NCBI RefSeq assembly: GCF_902459465.1
Contig: NC_047068.1
Coordinates: 4,774,001 to 4,838,000 of the forward strand
DNA: 64,000 bases
Source of the DNA: Asterias rubens
Lineage: Eukaryota
Direction of reading: 5' to 3'
The position numbers and the translations under genes were made by a program. The notes under the pieces were generated by a model. It worked only from the letters and a program-made list of their open reading frames with translations, was not told where the DNA came from and made no database searches. Shown here one piece after another: positions 37,501-48,285 of the stretch (positions are counted from its first letter, which is position 1; every line of letters begins with the position of its first letter).

Positions 37501-39831
37501 AACATATTTTGTGTGGATATCGGTACTTTATAAGTTGATTTGGGTATACAAGTGTGTGAATGATTTCAAAGCAGAACCATAATGCCAATATTTAATTATG
37601 TACACACAAAAACTTTCAATACAAATCAGACTTCAAAACCTTAATGAATACAAACAAGTTGTTTACATTTTTCTCTGGGTGGAGGTGTAGCTGCACAGGG
37701 TGTGTCTTGCTTAGGGGGTCTCTCTAGCATTGTGTACCCAACACATGCAGGATGGGAGAGGGCTGGATCAAAATAGTCAGCCGCTTGGGAGTCAACTTCA
37801 ACATGTTCCACCATACGACCAAACATAACAGGGGAATGTGCTTCAGGACGGAACTCAATGATGTCAGTACCAACGGATTCTTGGTCATCATCTTTTGGAA
37901 AGGGTGGCCTCATCAAAGAAAATTCTGATCAAAAAGACAAATTAAATGAGATAAATAAGACAGAGAAAAACAATGATGTGGTTCTTTAAAAAGTATTATA
38001 ATCTTGTGAAAGTTGAGGTACAAACAAGTCAATGGCACAGCAAACATTTCAACCCTTCAGTTTGTTCTAAAAAATGTAAATCAAATTGTTATATCAGGTT
38101 ACGTAGTTGTGATAACGCAATCCTCCTCCCGATGGCGATCGCAACTAGTGTTAACGGTAAACTTGCCCTGCCCCGCCCCAGCAAAGTTGCCACCAGCTGC
38201 TCGAATATGAATAATTTAAAATGGAGGTTCAAGTAACTCATAATCATATACACCAAATAGATTAGAGTAGACCCAGTAACTGGGGCACTGTAAGTGATAG
38301 GCCTAATCATTTAAATTTTGAAATTTATCTCAAAAAAGTAAAACAAAATAATAAAAAAAATTGGTACAGCGTGCCCCAGTTACTGAATACTGCTGGATCT
38401 ACAAACTAGATGTTACCACCAAACACAACAGAGTTTTATTATTACAACAGACATTATCAGCCTGATCAGACAGAGTAACACTAACCAGCTTACTAAACAG
38501 AGGACAGAGTAAAAAAATCAGTAAGTTAAAGCCATTATACCCTTTCGGTACAGAAAAAAAGAAAAAAAGTTCACAGATTAACAAATAATTTACAGGGTTT
38601 ACAGAAGGTAATGGTGAAAGACTTCTCTTGAAATATTGTTCCATGAAATGCTTTACTTTTTGAGAAAACATTAAAATAATATAAATTCTTGTTAGGGAGA
38701 ATTACGGATTTATTTTAAACACATGTCATGACACGGCGAAACGCGCGGAAACAAGAATGGGTTTTCCCGTTATTTTCTCCCGATTGACCGATTGAACCTA
38801 AATTCTCACAGGTTTGTTATTTTATATATTAGTTGTGATACACAAAGTGTGGGTCTTGGACAATACTGTTTACCGAAAGTGTATAATATTAATGGCTTTA
38901 AAGTAACATCATTTTAATAAACAGTGGATGGTGTAAACTTGGTCAACTGTTTACAGTTGAGTTGTCTTTCGGAGATCTAGTCTGAAGTGTCATGACTGTC
39001 GACGCAGGGTTGTCTTTTCTTAAACTAAGTGTTATTTCTGAGTTTTGGTTTGGATCCCCCACGTACATGCTTTGAAGTTTGGGGTCCTACTAAAAGCCGA
39101 CAACAAGCCGAAAACTTAACTTTCACGGAAAACGGTCGGACGCCATCTTAGCTTAAAATCGTGTTTGGACCAGTCCATTATGATGCGGGTAAGTCAGATT
39201 TAGCAATAGAGGGCGGGCGTCATGTACTGTGCACACTGCAGTGAAGGTCTCCACATGAAGCCCGCCCTCTGTTGTTGACAAGTGCTAAATCTACCCGTAT
39301 CATAATGGTCTGGTCCAAACACGGTTTTTAAGCCAAGATGGCGTCCGACCGCTTTCCGTGCAAGTGAAGTTTTCGGCTTGTTGTCAGCTTTTAGTTGGAC
39401 CCCAAACTTCAAAGCATGTACGTCCGTGGGGGATCCAAACCAAAACTCAGAAATAACACTTAGTTAAAAAATACACACTTTTCGTGAAGTTTTTCCATTA
39501 AATTTATGTTTTATATTACAGAACACATATAGTTCTAATATATTTATGGTTTATTTGCCATTTTTTGAGGTATTTAAAACTGGTTGGCGGCGTGTTGGTG
39601 GCGCTCTGGACTTGTTGTCGGCTTGTTGTCGGCTTTTAGTAGGACCGGAAGTTTGTGTGGACGGGTGTCCGCATACTGGGCAACACCTGAAAGGCTTATT
39701 TCAAATTCGACGGTACGGGTATCGGTTACTAAGTTGTATATTATATTAGTTTATATAGCCAGTAAATGACACGTACCTTTGCATATTTCATCCCATATCT
39801 TCACTTCGTGCTTTTGCCCGATAATAGACAT
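28582..39831 (-). CDS. IQCK: IQ motif-containing protein K, 7 coding exons, 287 aa
   Basis: complement(join(28582-28818,34689-34773,34935-35012,36390-36442,36945-37042,37667-37924,39777-39831)), 864 nt, GT-AG. Motifs IWDEICKE, PREYLEHYIFPVLLP..QAKKEKCFERKR, PRPPLPLSL, IQSFFRGYKVR and IQELRQWQ match IQCK. Confidence 0.92.
28964..34448. repeat. 54-bp minisatellite in the last IQCK intron, split by a LINE
   Basis: Unit GTCGACAAGGGTTTTTAACTAACAGAGCCCCCATATAGGGTAACTGTGTAACAT, about 27 copies at 28964-30446 and about 1.5 copies at 34367-34448. Confidence 0.95.
30447..34366 (-). mobile_element. Apparently full-length L2/CR1-group LINE (APE endonuclease plus RT), inactivated
   Basis: One frame from 33916 to 30569 with in-frame stops at 33596-33598 and 30881-30883. 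APE motifs LTETW, GDFN and SDH; RT motifs NYRPISNL, DLSAAFDTVDH, GVPQGS and YADD. 15-bp TSD TCGACAAGGGTTTTT at 30432-30446 and 34367-34381. Confidence 0.95.
38530..38897. mobile_element. Kolobok-like TTAA MITE
   Basis: TTAA|AGCCATTATAC ... ATGGCT|TTAA. A second copy starts at 51652. Confidence 0.65.
39020..39467. mobile_element. Foldback (long palindromic) element in IQCK intron 1
   Basis: Arms of about 200 bp beginning AACTAAGTGTTATTTCTGAGTTTTGGTTTGGATCCCCCAC, with the reverse complement ending near 39467. Confidence 0.8.
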
Positions 39832-42800
39832 TTTGACAGATTATTGAAGCTCGTGAGTTAAACAAAAATGCCGTCTATGCTTGACAAGCAAGTCACACAC
39901 TTTTGCCACTGTGGTGTGGGCGGCGAGTGCCCGCTGAAATATAGTTCTCTTATTTGTCTATTTTTCTTGTCACTTGTCTTGATCTTGAGGTGCCTCCATA
40001 GTGTGACAGGGGGTAGTTTTTAAACAATGGGCAATCATCTTTCGGCATTGTTATCAAAGTAAAAGGGGGGGAAATACGAAAGAAAAGGACACCCCCCTTT
40101 TTTTCCCCCGCCTAGGGCGTATGAATATGTCGAGCGTCCGTGATAACCATAGCAATGACCCTTGCACCCTGACCGATATCTCGGTTTGTTTACCTCCTAC
40201 GTCATACACACTTTTTCCGCCCGCGCGCTTTGCATATTGTTGCATGCAGTGCATAAACTAGCCATCACTCGTACCTATGGTGGCCCTCTTGACTTCGGCG
40301 GTGTTTTGGCGTTTCGCCTCCCCCCCTTTTAGCGGCAGTGTAAACAATTGAACTGGAATAGCTTATTAGGGACTAGCTTACCCCCATTGGCTCCATCGGC
40401 CTCATAGTCGCCATTTACTTTTGGCCAATAAGCTGATGGGTCATGGTTTAATAATGCGGTGACATGTGAGAAAACCCTTCAATTTACAAGCTCGTGAACT
40501 ATAAATGACACATAGTTTATTTCAAACAAATTACACTACATACATTTGACACATTAAACAGAAAACTAGAATACTGATCAGTAAGACTAAAATAGTAGTT
40601 AACCATTTACATTATTGTTTTAAAAAGTGCTGACTTTTGATGAGAATTTTAACAAGTCTCTCTGGAAATTAAGTCTCTCCAAAATGTAAACCTTTTTGGA
40701 TGTTATATTAGTTAATACAGGTTCACTAAAGATATTGCTCCACTTCAATAAATATAAAAACAACCCATTTTAAAATAAGTTTAAGGGTCTCGCTCTGAAA
40801 AGTTTGAATTTAAGATAAAATGACACTGAAGAGTTATTACCTTTGAACAAGCACCAACAAGTTTTAACATCATTTTCTTTAATCTATAACCTCAACAAAC
40901 ACTGATTTTAGTTTCATGTCAATGAAGTTATAAACATACTTGCATTTTTTTCAGATATTATAAAAAAGTATAATTTCTATTTTGCTCAAGTGAGTTTCCA
41001 TACAAAATATTGTCATTTCATATGTGTAGGTATAAATGTTATTTGTCCATTATTTACAATGTAACTGTTTTTTATATTTTTGTCTATGATTTGTACATCA
41101 TCAGCAGTTTTAGTGGAAGGGTATTAAAGGAAATGTGTTCATATATAGTTAATCAATTTTAGTTCCATTTATAGTTTCAGTGAATGAGAACTGCAAAAAT
41201 ACAAGTGTGTTTTGTTTATTATTATTATTAGTTTTTCTTCAAAGATGTACACCATTCTTTCGTACAAATCTTTTGATTAATTCAAAATTCTTGAGTATTG
41301 AAAATATGTTGATGTTAATTAAATGTCTGATAAAATATTGAAGTTGGTATACACTGTACATGGTGCTACATGTATATGTCTCATGTTTCAACACATCTTT
41401 GTATACCTTGTAGGAAAAATTAGCACTTTGAGACACTAATCAGGAGTATATAAAGGGCTATTATCAGGACTGTGTTTTATTATTATTATTAAACACATAG
41501 ATGATTAATTGTGTCATTTTCAGTCATATTCACTTCAATTAATTAATGTCTGATAACAAAACATCAATAGAGTGGAACTTAATGTGTAACACAGCAGTGA
41601 ATAAAAGTACATGCTACACAATAACTTACTAAAAAATCTTAAATTTACACTCAACACATTTTTACATAAGCTGAAAACAATCCCATCTTATAATAGCTGT
41701 AATAAATATAATAGTTGGAAGTTAAAATCAATTGAAAACACAAATAAAGAGCACAAACAACTGTTGAAAAAACTAAATGACCAACGCGATCACATGTCAA
41801 GTTGGAGTTTTGTGATGCACTCATTTTCCAATTGAAAGTGTTTTCATGAGAAAGTTCTCATTAAATCAAACATTAAAATTGTGTACAAGTATTTTGTCTA
41901 TGATACTCCTTCAGAGCGAAATTTGAAACATGAAATGACATCAACAGTAAATGGGTCTGTACACTCCTAAAAGGAAATTTGCACCAATAAATGACTAAAT
42001 TAAATTTGGGTTTCAACAACAAAATCCACTTAAAATGGTATAAAACACAGCTTTTTTACATCATTGTAAAGTGAGATTAGAGGTTTAAAATTTGTTTTCC
42101 ATTTTCATAAGGACTCCATCTATTTGAAAATGAGTGGATCACATAACAGAATCAAACTGGTTAAAAAAACAACTTATATAGCGCATACAAACCAATGGAC
42201 CCTTCCCATGAAATATGCTAATCACATTCACGCATGCGTACAGACCCTGTTGGTTGGCAAACGCCATAGAGTTGTGCACTAAGCAGACGCGCAATCGCGT
42301 CTGCGTCACGCAACCATTAGCCGTGTACAAAACAGCGCGATGTTCCCTCATTTTGCCAACCAAAACGTTAGTGCGCACGCGCTATGTGCAATTCACATAT
42401 TTCATGGCAAGAGTCTATTGCATTGAAGTGTCTATAATTTACAAGATCACACTTGTCAAACTGGCATTAATACAAAACAAGATTTGTACTTAACATCTTA
42501 ACTGGATCCAAATGTTCAAACAGTAACAAATACATAACAAGTAGAATAATGATATGTTAGTTTTGTTTTTCAATGTTACCTTCCTCAGTGGAGAGGCCCC
42601 AAATGGCTCTTCACATATTGTCTGCCATGTCTGCCAATGAATACTGTGCTTATGATCACCATTGTCTACCCTCAGAGCAAGCACACAACTTCTGTGCTAG
42701 CTACTTTCCTTGATCCATGCAAAATAAAGTGTTACCACATGATATTATGTTAATAAAGCAGTCAGACTATTATTGCATGAACCACGTTATCAAAATTCTG

Positions 42801-43456
42801 GAATTTGGTTGATTTCATGAAATAAACGGTAGATTATAAAGGAGACATTTTTTTATTGGAAGATTTAATTTCAAAAATTCAAGTTAAAAACATAATAAAT
42901 GCACAGAATTTAAAATTTGAATGCTTTTCTCCATTAGTTTCTGTTAAATCTCCTTTTTGACAATCTTGATTAGTAATTACTTCACTACTAAGGAATACTT
43001 CACTCGTATCTCTATGTACAAAACAACAATAATGAAAATACAGTAATTATAATCTTTATTATATATACATTTCCTTAAAAATTAATACTTCAAACATCTT
43101 AAATGTATCCAGCATTCAATCCATCTCATAACCTTTACAATTCTATCAAATAACAAAAAGAAAACTGTCCAATATGATTATTGCATCAATTTTATTACAC
43201 TTTTGATGCCGTCATCTACCAAAACAAAATTGTAGAAAGTTAAATAAATAAATAAGGACAAAAATAATGAAATGAATAAAAATGAAACACAAACGCACAC
43301 CCTCCTGCAGCATTGTTACCTTATCAATCCCCCAAATAACATTGACGGTCCACAACTCCTAAAAATTTGCATCACTGTTGCTTGAATAAGTAACAGCTAT
43401 CCTCTTTCTTTTGTTCTTGTTCTTTCTCCCCCCCCCCCCCCCCTCTCCACTCTCTC

Positions 43457-45280
43457 TTAAATGCTTAGGGAAATACTCTGAATGTCGTTAGCAGGAATTT
43501 TAGAATCTTGCTGGTCCCCTGCTCCACGGAATGTAATCTCTGCATTGTATGGGATGGTCACCGACCCACAACTGGTCCCCCACAGCCAGCTGCCACCTGA
43601 ACGCTTGTGCATTGTCACAACAACCTAAAATGAAAGAAACAGATATTTAATTTAAAATGTTTTACAATAAATTTTGTTTTAACTGATAAGGTAGCTGAAT
43701 GTCAGTATGTACATATAGTCCTTATTGTGATTGGATAGGATAGCTGAAGAAACAATACCCATAATCCATCTTAGGAATTCCTTTCATAACAACACATATT
43801 GTGATCAGGTGAGGTTTGTAATGACACCATGTGTAAATCTTTATTGAGTATCGGTTGTGGTTCTTCTTAGAAACCACTACTCAAAAGAGAATTACTCACG
43901 GCATCATCACAAAAGTCACCTGATTGTACTCCCACCATGCAATGTTTCAAATCCTACACACTGTGAGAAAATATTTTGATATAAACTAGAAATCGTGTAG
44001 TACCTGAGGCGAATAGCCAAGCACAGCCCAGAAGGATGAAATAGATGCATTTCTTTGGTGACAGAACTCCAGCATTCCTGTTTCCTCACGGTTTGGAGTA
44101 AAATGAGCACATCCCTTGAAATCACCTGTGTAAAGATATTGTTAACAAATACACTAAACTAAGCTTTTAAATGAAATTACAGTCACCATAGTCACTCAAA
44201 TTGTAAAACAGCACAGTACAATGTGAGCACCAGTGATTTAATTCTAAACTTACCAAAGATCTGTTTATCTCCATTTAAGCAAACAACATCCCAAGTTCCA
44301 ATGATATTCAATGCTTGCCTTGCTGCATCCATTGCACTAAACGATAGCTGACCTTTACATAGTGTGAAAAAAACAAAAAAATGGTTTCAATGCCTTTAAA
44401 TTATTGAGTATCTTAAAATTGCACTAATTCACTAAAATGTAAGCTGGATCTTACCTGTAAGAAATGAAGGAACAATGGCACTTGCCATACTCCAACCTAG
44501 ACTCTTCTCAAAGGATTCTAGGAAAGCCTCATAGCGTAACGAAGACACAACCTCAAGCTTAGATGCCAGAACATCTTGAAGTTCAACCTTCTTGTTCATT
44601 AACACGATGCGAGGATGAAAGAATTTCTCAGCAAGGCAGACATCGTTTCTTAGCAAATGATTCCGCAGCAGCTGTGTCTTCAGTTTGAGGTTTGCAATGA
44701 GGTCATCATGTTTCTCATCATAGGACACACTGGTGTCTTTGCCAGAGTAGGAACATTTGTGTTGAATCCAAGATTTGCCATCAGATCCAAGGGTGACCTT
44801 ACCTGACCAGTTCTTCACTTCAATGGTGAATAACCCATTATCTGGAACAGAAGGAATTTTTTTTTAAATAAGTTCTTCATTTAAAAAAATATTTACAGTA
44901 CATTTTTATCACACTCTCTATTGAAATCAACTCTAAAGGATTTCCTACTTGTCAGAGCCTTTTTTAGATCAAAATCCAAACAGCTTTATGGCAGTTCAGA
45001 AAAATCTAGTATGGATACTTTTAAAATTCTCCCAAAGATTCATTGAAAACCTACCAGTTATTACAACAAGATCAATCTCAAATTTCCTAGTCTGGAAGCC
45101 ATCTGGTACTCTAAGACCTCTGAAGATATGAGCATGAGGAACACCATGATGTCGGAGAGCTTTGGTTAAATCTTCCTCTGCTGAGCGGCCTGCTTTGATG
45201 TGTCCTTCCTCTTGATGTTTAATGGGAGCGCTTGCTTGTTGAGCTTGAACCAAACGACTTGTAACGCTGAAAACTGACAT
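43457..45280 (-). CDS. Uncharacterised NERD-domain (nuclease-related domain) protein, 5 coding exons, 333 aa
   Basis: complement(join(43457-43624,44004-44125,44254-44352,44455-44841,45055-45280)), 1002 nt, GT-AG, frame intact. NERD signature GRSAE...RVPD...EIDLVVIT..GLFTIEVKNWSG. Confidence 0.85.
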
Positions 45281-47651
45281 GGTGGCTCATCTGGCAACAG
45301 ACAATTAAGCAGTTGGGTAAACAAATACAAATACAAATGTCAAATGCAAAATTAAATAAAAACAATTATGAAAGTGTACATATTTAAATTGAGGGTTTTT
45401 AAGAAACCCAACAAAACCTGTATCAGTATGTTTACAACAAACTTTGCATTAATAATATAAAGAAAATGTGCGTCAGTTGGTGATCAGTATTATTTAGCTA
45501 ACTAAATATTGATTTGAACAAAAATGGAAATAATATTCTATAAAATAGTATAAATTGACATTTTAAACAATATTGACTAGGAAGTATTTAGTACTACCTA
45601 GTAGTGTACTGTAGTGTATTTGTGAAGGTTTTACGATGAGAACCAAGAACCGCTCAGCCTCGTCGTCAGGTCGTATTCTGACTTATGTCAAAGCCTGTTC
45701 AGTGTTCAGCACTTTTGAATTTGATCATGCCAAAAATAAGAAATAACCCTCCACCAGTTGAGTTAGGATCTCAATTTTGAAAGGTGACATTTATTTTTGT
45801 ATCAAAAAATTACTTACCAGACAGATAACTTGAAGCTCCAAATTGGTAAATTGGTTGGTCGACCTTCAAACTATTTCCAGCGTGTGCATCTCCAGTGTGG
45901 TGAACATAAACAATAACAATAAGTTATTGAATAACATCAGTTCAGCGATCGACGACTCATCGTGGATTTCACAGGTTTTTCCACGGCTAAGTGTTTCCTA
46001 AATCGACTTCATTCACATTTGTTATCACAAACAGCCTGAACATTCCTATTTGTTCAAATTGGCAGCTCTTTACGAGGTTTATTCAACTCAATTTCAGAAA
46101 AATATTAATATGACGAACAAAGAATTGACCAGCAGCTGACGATGTAAACATTAAAATGACGTCATGTAAAATAGTAAATATATAACTTTAAATATTGCTA
46201 TTTAAATTTAGCAAATTTAACTTTACTTTTTGTTCACAAAAAACAACATATAAAAACACATTGTAATATTTTAATACTTTAAGATATTTTTTAATATCAT
46301 TTATTGTCAAATTTGTCATTATTGATTTCTTATAAACTAACTTGGTGAAAATGGCTACATTCAGTGTGTGGCGCTAAACAATCCTTTCCCGCAATATATC
46401 CGAATTGCTAAATGAACCACACACACGGTATGTCGTAGACTTGTGGACAAGTCGTTAAATCGGCCCCACGTGCTGAGATAGTGCTCCCCCGACAACACTG
46501 CTCTCGCGCGAACTCACTGCTCTCGCGCGAACTGATGGCTCCCCGATTTTGACTCCTCATTAACGACTTGTACAAGTTGTCAGCGGTACGTATTCATGTA
46601 TTCAAGTACGAACGCGGTATACCTTCACTGTTGCCGCGGAGACAATCGTGCAGACGAGTCCATTTTTATAAGAGGGTAGTAATAGTTTCTAATACTGTAA
46701 AGCTTGAACCGGAGGGCATCTGTGAATCTTTTTTATTTTGATTTAACTGCTTTATTAGTTGATTAGGGCCTAACTTTACAAAGTCATCTTCAAATGCATT
46801 ACTATTTATCTGTTTAATATCCGTGAGCTGCCTCATGCAAATAAATAATGCCCACGGTCAATGGTAATGGTCCAATGCAATCCTTTAACCCGATGTGTTC
46901 TGCTCGGACTGTGTACACTGGACAAGTTGCAACATAAAATATAGTTTGTATTAATACTACCAGTCCCAAAATTCATTATTTGTTTACTGACAAATGTTTT
47001 TTTATTTTAAGTCTTCATCTAAAAAGTGATTTTGAAAACCATGGTCGACATGTGGAAGTTTGATATGTGAGTCTTGTGGACAAGTTTCACAGGGGAGTCG
47101 TGTGCGCATCGCAGGGATTCCGGAAAATTTCAGTAACTCTTTTCAGATGTCGATGTATTTTAAAGGTATTATAGCTAATCATCGACATACACTCTACTTG
47201 CCCAAGATATTGCAAGACAAGGTTTCATATAGCAGCTGTACTTTTGTTTTGTTTTAAGCAACTGTAACCACGAAAAATACTTCTCACTTCCAAGCAATCA
47301 TAACAATTAATATAAGGCTCAAATAGGGTAAAGACACCGTGAAATGCAAAAAAGGAACAGTGACTCCAATTGTAGTTTGCCTCAAACAAAAAACAAGAAA
47401 CAAATTTATTGATAAATCGATCAACAAATGCAAACCAGTGGTTGAAATAAATAAATTAAATTGAGCAATAAACAATGAAAATACCTTCAGACTAATGGAT
47501 ATTGATGGTAGAAACTGTAAATAAAGAAAATGTGGAGTGTTTCCCTTGCACTTCCAGGTTGCTATATAAACATAGTGAGTAGTTGACTTTTGCAAAACCT
47601 GTTCATTACAAAACACTTTAAACAATTTACAAACTAGGCGAGTGCTAGAAG

Positions 47652-47963
47652 GGTTACAGCTCGATGGCCGAAGGTTCAATAGTCTGAATGTTCGATAGTC
47701 CAAATTGACAATAAGGTCCGATAGTCCGAATTGACAATAAGGTCCGATAGTCCGAATTGACAATAAGGTTTGATCGTCGATTCGGACTATCGGACCTTAT
47801 TTGGACCAGTGAACCTTCAGATCAATGAACCTTCGGACTATCGTATCAAATGTACGGGTTAATGAAACCTACTTCATTTTGGGACTAATGAACCCCCTGT
47901 TATGGGAAATTTGTGCGTTCGGACAATCAAACCTTCGGACTAACGGACCTTCGGGTGGACACC
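47652..47963. mobile_element. Nested MITE with an 8-bp TSD and GGT...ACC ends (Merlin-like)
   Basis: TSD GCTAGAAG at 47644-47651 and 47964-47971. Internal subrepeats GATAGTCCGAA / TTCGGACTA. Confidence 0.65.
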
Positions 47964-48217
47964 GCTAGAAGACCGTACAGAAATGTAAACGGTGGTGGAT
48001 ATGTGAAAACTAACTTGAATGAACATTTTAAATGGGTCTTCTACCTATGTTGCACAACCGCCTAGCCTTTATACATTATCAAACCCTCTCAGTCTGTGCT
48101 TTGGATATTTAAGTATTTGGATTGGAAAGAATAAATTTTAACTAAAATGAGCAAAATAATTGTTGGTAATTGCACAGTATAAATGTCATTCTTACATTTG
48201 GAACCATTCAGAATGCA

Positions 48218-48285
48218 CCATCCACATCAGTCAAGAACTTTGGTGCATATTTTGATTGAATTGTCTATGACTGATCAAATAGACC
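48218..48285 (+). mobile_element. Small decayed L2/CR1 RT C-terminal fragment
   Basis: PSTSVKNFGAYFD* then frameshifted LSMTDQI, resembling the VRNLG..FD..LSM motif. Confidence 0.4.
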
